Below, piece after piece: positions 28,130 through 41,632 of a stretch of 64,000 bases of DNA. The stretch's first letter is position 1, and each line of letters opens with the position of its first letter. The stretch comes from the human T2T-CHM13v2.0 reference genome, Homo sapiens. The stretch lies in assembly GCF_009914755.1 (NCBI RefSeq), contig NC_060947.1; one strand, given 5' to 3'. A model generated the notes under the pieces. The model was not told the DNA's origin. It searched no databases and saw only the letters and a list, made by a program, of their open reading frames with translations. A program made the position numbers and the translations under genes.

Positions 28130-28830
28130 CAAAACGAATTCCACCCCAAATGTGCTCCTCCTTATATATTTCTCACCTTGGTAAATGGAACTACTATTTA
28201 TTAAACTTCTCTTGTCAGAACTTTGTATCATTTAAGATTTCTGTCTTCCTCACCTTCATTTAATCAAGCTTCAAGACACGTAGATTCTACCACTAAAAAG
28301 TGTTTTTAAACAGTGTCTATTGTTACTATTCTAATCAAAATCATATTACACTTATGACTTTATAAGTACTACGACCTCCTACTGGTCTTTCATCTTTCCT
28401 CAGCCTGTTGATCCTCCAATCCCTATATAAGTACCTCTATTCCCAATAAAGTCTCTCTGCCACATGAACTCACAATGAGCTTTAAAAAGATAAAGATGAT
28501 GATGTTATTCCGTTTGACTAAATCTCATAAGCGGCTCCTTATTTTTTTGGTTATAAAATCCAGAATGCTAAACACGAACTATAGGATGCTGCATGAGGTA
28601 ATCCCTGTTTACATATCTCCCCCAACCCATGTTGATTCATTCATCTTTCCTCATTCTAGCTGTGCTTGACTTTAGTTCCTCAAATATACTTGCTTCTTTA
28701 TGTCTCAGGTCTTTAATACATGCATGCTATACAAGCCAGAAAACATCTTACCACCACCCTCAAGTAATATAAACTAGACAAGTGCATACAATGTCTTTAA
28801 TTCCTGGTCAATTTTTATCTTCAAGTGAAC
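28130..28830 (+). mobile_element. L2 remnant
   Basis: ccttggtaaatggaact, cctcctactggtctt and ttataaaatccagaatgctaaacac follow L2 order. Confidence 0.6.
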
Positions 28831-29056
28831 TTTACTATAAGTGAAAGCTTTTGTTTGCTTGATTTATACATGGTCACAAAATAAGCTGCCAGAAAGTCGA
28901 ATTTCTTTCCTCCTAGCTTAAAAATACATCTACCCCTCCTTCATCCTTAAAAAAGAAAATGCATCTTCATAAAAAGATTACAACTTTTGAATATAAAAGT
29001 CATGTTTTTCAAACAACGGATATATTCTCAACATATATGTATTTCCCACCAATTAT

Positions 29057-29594
29057 GAGACACAACAAAAAAAGAAAATTTCAGGCCAATATCCCTGATG
29101 AACATCAATGCAAAAATCCTCAATAAAATACTGGCAAACTGAATCCAGCAGCACATCAAAAAGCTTACCCACCACGATTAAGTCGACTTCATCCCTGGGA
29201 AGCAAGGCTGGTTCAACACATGCAAATCAATAAACATAATCCAGCACATAAACAGCACCAATGACAAAAACTACGATTATCTCAATAGATGCAGAAAAGG
29301 CCTTCGATAAAATTCAACACCCCTTCATGCTAAAAACTCTTAATAAACTAGGTATTGTTGGAGTATATCTTAAAACAATAAGAGCTATTTATGACAAACC
29401 CACAGACAATATCATAGTGAATGGGCAAAAGCTGGAAGCATTCACTTTGAAAACCCGCACAAGACAAGGATGCCCTCGCTCACCACTCCTATTCAACATA
29501 GTATTGGAAGTTCTGGCCAGGGCAATCAGGCAAGAGAAAGAAATAAAGGGTATTCAAATAGGAAGTCAAATTGTCTCTGTTTGCAGATGACATG
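29057..29594 (+). mobile_element. Internal L1PA ORF2 (RT domain) fragment, truncated at both ends
   Basis: [17 protein letters not shown] and RQGCP peptides; ends at tttgcagatgacatg (FADDM); no 3' UTR or poly-A. Confidence 0.95.
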
Positions 29595-30919
29595 GCTGCC
29601 ATTTATCCCCATGTAATGCCTTCTAATCACACTGATGTTCTCGTTATTTTGTCTTGAATTAAAAAGTCTTTTTATTATAATAATTATTATTTCACTGGAA
29701 AAAGCTACATATAAATAAAAAGAGAAATACTTATAATTTTATTGCCAAGAGATAGACACCCAATTTATTTGAAGACTATTTCCAAACGACAGTTTTTTCT
29801 GTGTCTCCGTCTTCATCTTTCCCACATTCTGCTTCAATATATGTTACCCTAAAAATCCTACTACATATATTGTTTTGTAACTCACTTGTAATATTTTTCA
29901 ATAGTTTCTGGCCATGTTTCTACTTTTATATACTGAAACAATTCAATAATTTGATGGCTGCATAATTTGCTATTTTATAAATCTTATATAATTTATTTGA
30001 CCACACTTGTATTAGGGAATAAGATGTAACCCATTTGTATATTCATGCAAATTATATATGCCAATTTTAACATTTAATACACATTGTCCACATTATCTCA
30101 AGCAAATTTATAAGAATGTATGTATTCCACTACTAATACTGCACAAGACTTTCTATTTTCATCAATCTTAGGAGTAATTACCACGGTGGGTTTGTTTTCA
30201 TTCCCTTCCCCAAAACTTCCGTAACAATCTTTGGGGTTTTGTCACATCTCCCTTCACACCTACATCACCTTTAAAACCAAGAGTTAGGACTCATTTTGGA
30301 ATCATTTTTTTATACAGCTCAAAGTCAGTTACATTATATTTAGTACCATTAGAAGATACAAATTTTCCTCAACACTTTCTGGTTGTTGGAACCTCAAAAC
30401 TATTTTAAAAGAGTAGCGAAGATAATATCTATGTTGAAATGAATAAAATAGATCTATCATGAATATCATGTTTTATAAAACAGAAATGTATCAATGAAAG
30501 ATCATAAGTTAACACTTTAAAATATATGTTATTTATAAACAGATATACATATTCGGAAGATCTTCAAAGTAGTACATTGATTCTTATCCAAATTTGATTT
30601 GAGAGCTACTGGTTTTAAATTTGTAATACAAATTACGATGGGGTGCGGATTTCCTAGGCCAGTTTTTTATGTACAATTGAATGTAGAAAATCTACAAAAA
30701 AATAGTAGGATACAATCCTGGATTTTGGATTCTGGAGACAGTGGACCACATTGTATAGGTGATTGAATGAATGAAATGAGAAGATATATAGATGAAGAAA
30801 AAAAAGAAAGAAAATATACAAAGGAGGAGATGATTGGAGGAAAAACAGATGCCAGGACAAGATTCTGAAGTATATATTTTTGGTTTTGCTTTTATCCCTC
30901 ACCTATTAAACCCTGTTTC

Positions 30920-31360
30920 ATTTGACTCCTACTCTATTTTCTAACCTCATCTCCCATTGTTGCTCTTACCATTGCCCTCTCTACTCCAACCACACAAGTC
31001 AATTTTTCTGCTTCTCTTTTTTTAGTCCATTCCTCCCTTTGTGCTTCCTGTTTCCCTATATAGAATTCTGTTATCCAGATCATCACATGTATAGGTCTGT
31101 CTATTATCTCATGTATCAGCTCAGCTATCACTGCTTCATAGTGGCCTTCCCTTTTCTTTGAATTGAGAAGCCCTTAAATCCAGATTCACTCACTATAGGT
31201 TATGTGATTATCCCTCAAAATCATATTCTTTAAATATTTGATTTTTATCTTTTCTCACTAGTAAGTATGCTCTGTGAAAACCAGGCGATGTCTCTTTTTC
31301 ACCCTAGACCTGTCAGTGCCTAATATAGTACCTTGGCTATAGCAGGTTGTCAGTGACTCT
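30920..31360 (+). mobile_element. L2 remnant (3' part)
   Basis: ctactccaaccacac...ctagtaagtatgctctgtgaaaaccagg...cagtgcctaatatagtaccttggc. Confidence 0.6.
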
Positions 31361-31760
31361 TGCATTCATTGAGATTAGAACTGAGCTACAAGTGACAGAA
31401 AATCCAAAATAACCAATATCAGGAACAATGGAAGTTTGCATCTTTCTGAAATAAGAAGAGACAGTTGAGAGGCAGTACAGTGGCTCCATGATCATCAGGG
31501 ACATTGGACAATTTATATTATTAGTTTGTCTTCTTCAACATACAACTTCCATTTTGTAGTCCAGATGGCTATTCAAGCTCCAATCATCACATTGCCATCC
31601 AAGTAACAGTGAGAAATAACAAGGAAGATAGGGGAAGATGGACTTCTCTTCCTAGAAGTTTCACACATTAATTCTTATTATGTCCTATCAGAACCAGGTC
31701 ACATGATCATACCTAGCTGCAATGGAGGATGAAAAATTTAAACTTTATTGTAGGATGTTC
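31361..31760 (-). mobile_element. Old MaLR/ERVL LTR (MLT1K/L-like)
   Basis: gctacaagtgacagaaaatccaaaataac...ggctccatgatcatcagggac...gtcacatgatcatacctagctgcaatggagg. Confidence 0.65.
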
Positions 31761-31929
31761 ATTTAAGCCCTCTCTCGATACCTGCCTCTAGGCTAAACAT
31801 ATAAAAGGAACCCGTTTCTCACTAACTCACCCCAAACCAATAATTCATAGTGTAGCTAATATTAAGTATGTGTCCAAAAGGTAGATAACTGCCCAAACGT
31901 TTTATATTCTTCCTCACCAAGAGGTAAAG

Positions 31930-32470
31930 GGTCAACTTCATTCTTCTGCATGTGAATCTCAAGTTTTCTCAGCACCGTTTGTTTAAAAGATGATTCTTTC
32001 TCATTTTCATGGTCTTAGCCTCTCCCTCATTTATGAGAGGAAGGATCTGCGCTAGGTGTGGTAGCTCAGGAGATACAGAAGCAGCCACATCTCTTCAGCT
32101 ATGACCAGACGTGGTGATAAGCCACAGCAGCTTCTGCTGATAAGTAAAAAGAAGAAGAGAATCACGTAGAAGAAGCACCCTGTTTTTGGCCATGTCTATC
32201 CAGAGTAAAGTTTCTGTCACACAGAGCTAGAGAGAGTGGGGTTGGGGTGGGGATTGTTGCTCAAATGTCATTAACTTTCACTGTTCTGACTGAGATTTTG
32301 CAGGTTTTTTTGTTTTGAATAAATATTTCTCCATTTGCTATATGCTCTTAAGACCATTTCCAGAGACTTTCCATGGTTATTTTATTACAATTTTCACCAG
32401 TTACAGTTGTTTTACTCGGGACAGCATCCATGGAGCCCCTGACACTACACACTACCATTTCAGAAGTGTT
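31930..32470 (-). mobile_element. L1M fragments including a 5'-end-like piece
   Basis: cagcaccgtttgtttaaaaga (ORF2, reverse) and the terminal ccatttcagaagtg pattern. Confidence 0.55.
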
Positions 32471-33169
32471 TCTCTCCAAAATGTTCATGTTTATATTTCG
32501 CCATAGTTTTTTAGTTAATATTTCACAAACTTGTAAAATGTGAGTATCTTCACCCCAACCTTCAGGACTGCAGTGGCAGAGGCCATGAATAGGAGGTAGA
32601 GTAGATTGATTTAGTTTTAATTTAGAAAAATGAACTCATATAAGTAACAATTGCAGGTAAAAATTAGGATTTAGACTTTGCATTTGTAGGCTCTGTTTTC
32701 TTATATTTATTAAGTTTAATATATTTGATACTAAGTAGTAAAATGTTTACTACCGAAAAAAAAAACTTTTGCCAAAATGTGTCAAATTTTTTATTTTATA
32801 GCAAATACTCTTCTAGTTAACATATATTTTATCTTCAGTGCCCAGTTATTTCAGCTTCATTAAGAGAAAAAAAAAAGGGAATCAAAGAGTAATATAGTGC
32901 CTTTTTGATTTTAAGACTAGCTCTTATTACCCTTGGCAATAGATTATAGAAATCATACAAGCAGTATATACAATTTCAAAGTCACACACAAAAGTATATT
33001 CTTGAATTATTTAAAAAGTTTCAACTCACAAATATTCACTGTAGAAACATACAAAACATCGAGAATTTAAAGGACATATGAAAACAACCAGAAAAGAGTT
33101 AAAGCATGGATTACGTTTAGTTTTAAAATGAAAAGCAACAGAGACTTTGAAATTAAAGATTTACTATGG

Positions 33170-33567
33170 ATTGTGAAAGCTGAATGCTAAATCTTAAGGA
33201 ATTTTGAGGGCATACTATTAAACATAGCCCTTGTTAAAATTAAATAAACTTATGATTAAATAAATTATATTAAAGCAACTGTAATAAATGTTCAAAACTC
33301 ATCACTTCTTAATTATTTTACTACATTTCACTGTCATCTACACTTGTGAGGTTATTTGTATCCTTTTATCTGTATGGTGAAAATGCTATATAATAATTGG
33401 CCACTACCTATCTCATCCCAGCTCCACACTCAGCAACATCATGTTGATAGCTTGAAACTGGATGTGGTTGAAGTATTTACACCACAGAAATAAGCAAACA
33501 CTAAGAATCATAGCTTGAGTTCTTTCTCACTGAGCTGGTGGTTAAAATATACCTACACAGTACACAT
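33170..33567. mobile_element. MER63 (hAT-Blackjack) DNA transposon
   Basis: aaaactcatcacttcttaattattttactacattt...gtatttacaccacagaaat...gagctggtggttaaa matches recalled MER63B. Confidence 0.8.
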
Positions 33568-35444
33568 CCCCAAAGAGACATATATAGAGAGATACAGACA
33601 TAAGTATATATAATATAAATATATGGAGATAAAGATAAATACAAATAGTGACATAGATATGTAAATTCAGCTAGCTATATCAGCAAGGTAAATGAGTAAA
33701 AACTGAAAATTCGTCAGCAACTCAAGTTATATTTTTAGTAAAAATAAAGCCTTGTTCTAAACAAATTCAGAAACAAACACAGAGACTAACCAGTGACAAC
33801 TGGTTATGCAATAAACATCCTGACAATTGCGGTGTGCAATAAACAGACCCACATCTACCATTATTTCCACAGGGATGTTGTAAATCCATTCACTGGCCAA
33901 ACATTTACTGAGTTATTGACTACTCCCTATCAGTTTCTGTGCTATCTAGATAAAACAGTGAGTGACAAATAGTGGCTATCCTTAGGGAGCTAAAATTACA
34001 CAAATGGACACAGAATTCTATCAACCGTATGACAAGAGACATCCATGGGGGATGAGCTAATATGTGATGACAAACTATTTTGTGACAAATATGTTACTAA
34101 AATATTTATTTGCATTATCTCACATATATTCTATATGAATTCTGATATGTAACTATCATTTCTTCATTTTACCTATGAGATCCAGGTAAGTTAAATCATA
34201 TCACATTATTTAGATTCTATATCCAATCAGCTGTTGACTTTTATCCATGTCTTTCATAGCTTTATTGGCTTTTCTCCTAGTAATGCTTTCTCTTGTGAAA
34301 GGTATTCCATATAATTATTAAAGCAAGGTTATTCCAAGTTAAAGTAATCCATTGTGGTGATGTCTCCCACATGAAACATCACTGTCTGAATGGAGCAAAC
34401 TAAAAAATAAATAATAAAAGGCAGCTTTTTAAATTTAGGTGACAGAGCACAAGCAGATTCTATAAATTATAGCAGTTTCATAAAAGGTAAAATCCCAAGA
34501 AAACCTCTCAGAACTATTCACATTTTTGAATTTATGTCTTCTAGGGTACACTGTAGGATGTAGTTAAAGAAGAAAAAAGAAAAAAATAAGAGGTTTTTCA
34601 ATATAATATGAATTCCAGTTTTATCATGATAGGAGAATATAGACTGTGGGAAGTATAATGGTACCAGATGCTTTTATTTGTCAATTATTACTAAATTTTA
34701 GAAAAAAGAAAAATTCTAGTTTTTGAGTCTTCCAGACTGAGCACCCATTTGACATACAATTTAACTTACCAAAATATGATAGCTACGTTATGAAGCTAGA
34801 CACAATGATATGTTTCAAATGTATAATAATCAGAAATATCCCATTATTTGGTTTTATATAACATATACATAGCCCATATGTCAAAGGAAGACACAAAAAA
34901 TAGTTTTAGTACCTGGTTGAAATTTTTGATTAAAAAATTTAGCTGATCCTTGAGAAATTTAACTGAATCTAAACTTATTCACAAAAGCTTACATTCACTT
35001 TGGCTTATTTGATGTTTAGAAAATTATTTTAATGATTTTATTCTTGCAGCATTTGCTGAATAGTGTTATTGTTAAGAATAACACCTCTGAAGTGATACTT
35101 CCTGAGATCCAATACACTTACTGTTTTAGATAACTTACGCTGTAGTTTTCATCTCTGTAGATGAGGTGGGATACACTAATACCTACTTATCAAGCAGTCT
35201 GACAAGTTTTAAGAATTATTATGTCCAAATTAAATTTAAACCAAATTAATAGTATATGCCAAATTGTGAATGTACACACACACATTAGTGTACATAATTA
35301 TCTTTTTTTCCAAAAATATTTAAGTAAAAGAACATAAAGTTTAAAAATAGACTTTGATAGTAGACAGACTTTTTTTTTGATGAATTGGTAATATTCATTC
35401 TTGTTCTATAATTTTAAATAAAAAGTTTGTCTCATTGTATCTTT

Positions 35445-36204
35445 AAAAATACGTGTTGGTGAGGATTTGGAGAAAAGGAAACCCTCATGCACTGTTTGTG
35501 GGAATGTAAATTGGTACAGCCATTACAAAAAAAATAGTAGGGAGGTTTCTCAAACTATTAAAAATAGAATTACCATGAGATCTAGCAATTTCACTGTTGA
35601 TTATTTACCTGAAGAACATGAAATTAGTATCTCAAAAATATATCTGTACTCTGACATTTATTGCTGCATTATTCACAATAGCCAAGATATAGCCACAACC
35701 TGTGTTTGTGGATGTATGGATGAATAAAGAAATTATGGTATGTATACAATGAAATATTATTCAGCCATAAAAAGAAGGAAATCTTGCGATTTGCAACAAG
35801 GTGAACTTGGAGGACATATGCTATGTGAAATAAGGGCAGAAAAAAATGAAAGACAAATGTTGCATGATATTATGTGTGGAATATAAAATGTTGAACTTAT
35901 AGAAGTAGGGAGTAGAATAGCGGTTGCCAGGAGTGGTATAAATGGGGAGTTGTTGGTCAGAGAGTATGAACCTTCAGTTATAGAGATCTAACGTACAGCA
36001 TGGTAACTGTAGTTAATATTAATGTCCTTTATACTTGAAACTTGCTGAGGGAGTAGATCATAAGTGTTCTCATCACAAAAAAAAGAGACTACTATGCCCG
36101 GTGATGGATATGTTAATTATATCAAAATACCGTGTTGTATATCTTAAATATATAGAATGTTTTTATTTCTCAATAATACCTCCATAAAAATTAACAACAA
36201 AAAA
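35445..36204 (+). mobile_element. L1MA8/9-like 3' end
   Basis: gtgttggtgaggatttggagaaaagg...gagatctaacgtacagcatgg...gagtagatcataagtgttctcatcac...A-rich end. Confidence 0.88.
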
Positions 36205-36779
36205 GTATCCCTAAATGATTTCAATAACATATCATTACAGCAGCTACAAAAAGGACAAACTGATATTTAGCCACAAGCATGTGATGATCAACTGATTTTC
36301 ACTATTAAGTTACTGTTCTCTTACCGTAAGAGGAAAATAGTTCCTTAATGTTTTAATAATCCCATTTCATCCAGAAACACAGAGATAATTCCCTGTGTTA
36401 GCCGCACATATCTCAATTCTTACTCAAAATTTAATTAATCTTCAGTGATGGAAAACAATTTCCTTCTATTAAGACCATATCATTGCTGAACGTCTTTAAT
36501 TTCAAGAACCATTAACAAAATTTCAAACAATTTATGTTATTTAAAATAGAAGCTGAAAAAAGGAGAAAACTACACAAATATTTTACCATCACAACAAATG
36601 TGAATCACAGATTCAATATGTGATTCTTAAACACATTTCTTAAATATGTTTGCTGTTTTGGCTGCAAAACAATCGTCAATGTTGAGCGTATCGGACACTT
36701 TAGGAAAATCTTTAGTAATAACAAATTCTATTCTCTTAGTATCTTATTTCTTGCTGATACTCTGTGCCTATCCTAATAA

Positions 36780-37097
36780 GCAGGGGATGGCTACATACTG
36801 TAATCACTCAGGAAGATAAAACAGCCAACATTTTGAGTGTTGTTGGTCTCAGGAAGATAAAGCAGCCAACTTTTGAGTGTTGTTGGTTGATAGGTCTGAG
36901 AGAAAACAGAACACAGTAAAACATTCAATGGCTCTTAGAACATCTGTCCAAAAGTGACACAGTTCACTTCTTCGCACATTTCATTGATCCGGCATGTCAC
37001 ACAGCCAGACTCAACTTCAAGTGAGTGCGGAAGTGATTCCACGTACCAGAAAGGGGACAGAAGCGGAACAGCTATCAAGAGTCTTAATGTCTACCAC
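36780..37097 (-). mobile_element. MLT1 (I/J-like) LTR fragment containing a tandem duplication
   Basis: aagtgacacagttcacttc...cacatttcattg...gtcacacagcc...aacttcaag...taatgtctaccac. Confidence 0.65.
36807..36887 (+). repeat. 41/40-bp tandem duplication
   Basis: ctcaggaagataaaacagccaacattttgagtgttgttggt, then ctcaggaagataaagcagccaacttttgagtgttgttggt. Confidence 0.95.
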
Positions 37098-37379
37098 CTC
37101 CACCTGTATCAGATAACCACAACTTCACAGAATATATTTCATAATAGGTACAGAGAATACATAACTTAAATGAAACTCATCATTATTAAAAATAAACTTT
37201 CCAAATATTTTCTCTATTTATTTTAAATGTAATTAAATCTTTATAAGCAAGGTCTGCAAATTTTTATTCTAATTTTTTTTTCCTGAGAGTAAGTGGTTAT
37301 TATGTTACTCTATAGTTGAAAACCAAAATGAGAGAAAAGAAAAATGACATAATCAGAGTTAGAGAGATATAGGTAAAAA

Positions 37380-37530
37380 CCCTGACTTTTTCTTTTGGTA
37401 CTTGTAGGACTTTGCAGAAGACTTTTGATCTGAATGGCAGTAAGTTTCCTCAGGAAAATGAAATTAATATCATCTACCTTAAATAGGTGGTTATAGTGAT
37501 TACATGAGCTAATGTTTATACAAATGCTGT
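37380..37530 (+). mobile_element. MIR remnant
   Basis: agtttcctcaggaaaatga...tctaccttaaataggtggttatagtgattacatgagctaatg. Confidence 0.65.
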
Positions 37531-38615
37531 CTTTTACTCCTTCCCTTCTTAGCTTCTATTTGAAAAAACTTTGGTAAGGAGCTGCAGCTTTTCAAAGGGG
37601 CCATAAACTTGACTCCGTGCAGATTCTAAGGAAGGCCTAGTGAGGAAAGATGGGCTAGGTAGTTGCTTCAGTTCTCTAAATTATGTGCAAGAATCTTAAA
37701 ATGAAATATGCAAGAAAGATACAGTCTAGGGGTGGACAGGTAAAGAACAGGGAGAGGTAAAGGCAAGAATATTTGGCTGAATAATGGAATATGTTTTTCT
37801 AGCCATTCTGACAATTGGTAGATGTTTTACATTGTCCTTTTTTACATACTGCTGATATTTTCGACTTTAACTTTTCCTCCATGCCATTTTTACAATTACA
37901 GTTTGAATAAATTTTAATAATATAAAAGTCTCTTCTTGAATTTTGACTCTCTCCACTTTCCCATTCACCTTGATGTTTCCGATGATCCTTTAACTGTGGT
38001 AGCAGTTGCACTTAAATAGCATGCTGCAAATCCTACAGTGTGAGAGCTCTTTCTTTCTTTATGTTAAATTTCTAAACTGTATCCACTAGAGACAGCTCAG
38101 AAGAGACAATGAATACTAATCAAAAGAGAAAGAATCACTTGGTTGTGGTCACGCCTTAGCAAGAAACCCCTTTACCAGAAAAGACAACTGTTTTACATGC
38201 TACCTATATATTCCCAGTGGAAACAGCCACTTCACAACGACTTTAAAGTGAAGATGAATGAGTTTTATCATTGCTTTTTTGTGGTGCATAAACTAGACCT
38301 GAAACTATCCAGTATTTTATGATTGTTGCATTGAACATGCAAATTAGCAAATATTAGCTTTGATCAAATACCACAGCCACACCCAGAATGCTTGTACTAG
38401 TTTAAAGCCATCATTGGCAAAGGCCAGAATTCTTTGTTTTTAATGAAGAACATATAATTCCCATAAAGGCATGAGATTATCAGGCACCCATGTCAATATG
38501 ATCAGGTGAAAACTTCTGGTTCATCCTCAACTAACCTTTTCCTATCTTGCTGATGAGGAAAATTTAATACTAAGCTAACTGTGGAGACAAACTATAACTC
38601 TTTGTAATGTTTGGA

Positions 38616-38914
38616 TGCCATACTGTGATTGTTTGTGTCTTCTCAAACTTCATATGTTGAATTCTAATCACCAAGATGACTATATTATAAGGTAGTGCCT
38701 TTGGGAATTTATTGGGTCATGAGGGCTCTACCTTCATGAATGGGATTAATGCCCTTATAAGAGAGGCCCAAGAGGCCTTGGAAGCTCAGTGAGCGTGCCT
38801 GCACCTTGACCTTGAACTTCCCCGCCTCCATAACTGGGAGAAATAAATTTCTGTTCTTTATAAGCCACCCTGTTTATGGTATTTTTGTTACACCAGTCTA
38901 AAAGGACTAAGACA
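38616..38914 (+). mobile_element. MLT1A/MSTD-like solo LTR with internal deletion
   Basis: ttcatatgttgaa...catgaatgggattaatgcccttataagagaggcc...aataaatttctgttc...gactaagaca. Confidence 0.88.
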
Positions 38915-39642
38915 CTGATTTGGGGAAGATTTTGGCAGTAATTGCTGTCTCTTTTACATACTCTTCCCCAATGTAAACTTCTATAATCTAATCAAGGGAG
39001 TTTAAACATAATAGCCATGTAACAGACACAGTGTAAAATATCAAAGATTTTTTAAGATGTAGAACCAGTCGCGTTAGTATTGTGGCTTCAGGGACAATGT
39101 ATTTCTTATAGCAAAGAGACCAATTAACAAGGTTCGATAAAGCAGTATCCATGCACTCGCTGTCCTTCAGTATTTTGCATGAAGCCAAAGGCAGAATATG
39201 CTAGAAGTAGAAAAGCAGGAGGTTAAAATAACCATTATCACCAGGACCCTGACACCACTCAAGGCCAGGCATTGTCTGATTTAGGGAGAAGCATGAGTTT
39301 CCTTCCAAGTGGTATTACCTGTAAAAACCAGGGCAATTCACTCTCCAGGTAAGGCCTTAGGAACTGTACGTACACATTTTTCCATCTCAATTTTGCAAGC
39401 ACCTCTTCAAAATAGTGTGTGGATACCCTGCCCACTCCAAACAGACAGAAATAGGTGGCTCTCTACATAATGCTTAGAAATTATACTTCATGGTATATTT
39501 TTTTTAAGGAAGACATGCCAAGCATAATGATCTTATGCCCTTGTGAAACTTTTTAAAATTGTGAACACAGTGTATCTCATTCCAATTCGATTTTACAAAA
39601 TTATGCAGTAAGTTTTTTCCCTTTGTTGTAAGAAAATATTTG

Positions 39643-40024
39643 TGTCTTAGTCCACTGGCGCCATTATAACAAAATATCTGAGACAGGTAATTTATAAACA
39701 ACAGAAATTAATTGTTCGCAGTTCTGTAGGCTGGTGAGGTGTCTGGTGAGGACCCAGTCTCTGCTTCGAAGATGATGCCTTGAACGTTGCATCCTCCAGA
39801 GAGAAGGGATGCTGTGTCCTCCCATAGTGGAAGTGATGGAAAAATATAAGAGCCTAGTTAGTTCTCGGTTCTCACCAGCCTTTTTATAAGGTCATTAATC
39901 CCATTCATTAGGGCTCTGCCCTCATGATTTAATCACCTCCTAATGTCCTCCACCTTTTAGTACTATCATATTGGCAATTAAGTTTCAACATATGAATTAT
40001 GTAGGACACATTCAGATCATAGCA
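39643..40024 (-). mobile_element. MST (MSTC-like) solo LTR
   Basis: tgtcttagtcc...catagca termini; 5-bp TSD-like atttg / gtttg. Confidence 0.9.
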
Positions 40025-40711
40025 GTTTGTAAGATAAAATACATACATGACACATTTCATCATGTAAGATATTAAGTTTTAATATTTTGAAAAATTTTAT
40101 TTTAATATTCATTTTTCTACACACATATTTCATAGTATTAAACATATTGGCTATATATTTTTATAATGTGATCAATTTTTATTCATCTTACTAAATATTC
40201 TTGAAAACATAATTTTAATAAGTGCTTAATGTTCCGTTGCAACAGATATGCCAAGATTTGTTTATCTGACCCTTATTTTTCAGCTACTTAGGTTGCTGGT
40301 CATTTCCACTTTTCTTAAAAGTAACATAGCAAAGAATAACCTTGTCCATACTATTTAATCATGTCTTTAGGGAAGAGTCTCAGAAGACAAATTGCTGGGT
40401 CATAGGGTCAAATACACTCTTTATGCATATTGCCAAAATGCTTTCAAAAACCATTAGACTGATTTATAACCTCACCAACAAGAAAGGGCATGCCCACTTC
40501 ACTGACTCTTCTACTGTATTCACCATTTCTAGGTTGATAGGTAAAATTTACATAAAAATAAATTTAAAATTAAAAACTACTGATTTAGTTATTCTACTAA
40601 TTCCGTGAACATATCTTCATATTTCTTGGGCATTTATATTTCTTTTGCGGTAAGCTATTTGTTCTCTTTACTCTTTCCATTTTTCTATAGTGGTATTGGT
40701 AGTGTTGCACA

Positions 40712-41380
40712 TTTTTTAAAGAACTTAATTTTTCTAGAGTAGTATTAGCGTCACAGCAAAATTGAGAGGAAGGTACAGAGATTTCTCATATATCCCCTGC
40801 CTCCACACACGTACAGCCACCCACGCTATCTACATCTCCCACCAGACGGGTACATTTGTTACAATTGATGAACCTATATTGACAAATCATTATCACCAAA
40901 ATTCCATAGTTAAGAGTAAAGGTTCATTCTTGGGTGTTGTGCATTCTATGGATTTGGACAAATATATAATGAAATGTATTCACAATTATAGCATCATTAC
41001 AGAGAATTTCCCTGTCCTAAAATTCCTCTGGACTCTACGTATTCATACATTTCCCTCACAGCCCCTGGAAAACACTGATCTTTTAACTGTCTACATAGTT
41101 TTTGCTTTCCCAGAATGTCGTATTGTTGAAATCATATAGTATGTAGATTTTTTCAGATTTGCTTGTTCACTGGTTTCCTCTATGTGTTTTTCATGGCTCA
41201 GTAGCTCATTTCTTTTTAGCAATGAATAACATCTTATTGTCTGAATGTTCTACATCTTATTTATCCATTCACCTACTGAAGGACATCTTGGTTGCTTCCA
41301 AATTTTGGCAATGATGAATAAAGCTGTCATAAACATCCATGTGCAGGGTTTTGTGTGGACATAATTTTCAACTCCTTTGG
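40712..41380 (-). mobile_element. L1MC1-like 3' end
   Basis: cacagcaaaattgagaggaaggtacagagatttc...ggtacatttgttacaattgatgaacc...ggacatcttggttgcttcca. Confidence 0.88.
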
Positions 41381-41632
41381 TATTTTACATTTTAAAATTT
41401 TAAGTTATGTGGTATATATAACAAGCCAAAATAAGCTTAGTTTCAGTTAAGAATTATGGTTTTAAAATCTTCTAAGATTAAAATGATAAAATAAAGCCAA
41501 CATTCTTCTTTCCACCGAAGAGACTTACATATAATACAAATTCAGAAGTTTTATGTCTCCTAGATTACACAAATCCTGGGTAATAGGAATATGGGATGGG
41601 AAGAATTACAAATGGATTATGTAGATACTTAC

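Noticed and set aside
34183-34191. Perfect donor CAG|GTAAGT
   Set aside because: Isolated site next to a MIR-like remnant with no convincing upstream acceptor or ORF; plausible by chance in 64 kb.
36807-36887. Direct repeats here and at 5703, 57320 and 61329 as a CRISPR-like array
   Set aside because: Only 2-4 abutting copies with no unique spacers, in a eukaryotic context with no cas genes.
39335-39354. Recursive-splice-like ctctccAG|GTAAGG
   Set aside because: Short pyrimidine tract and no known host intron; not supportable from sequence alone.
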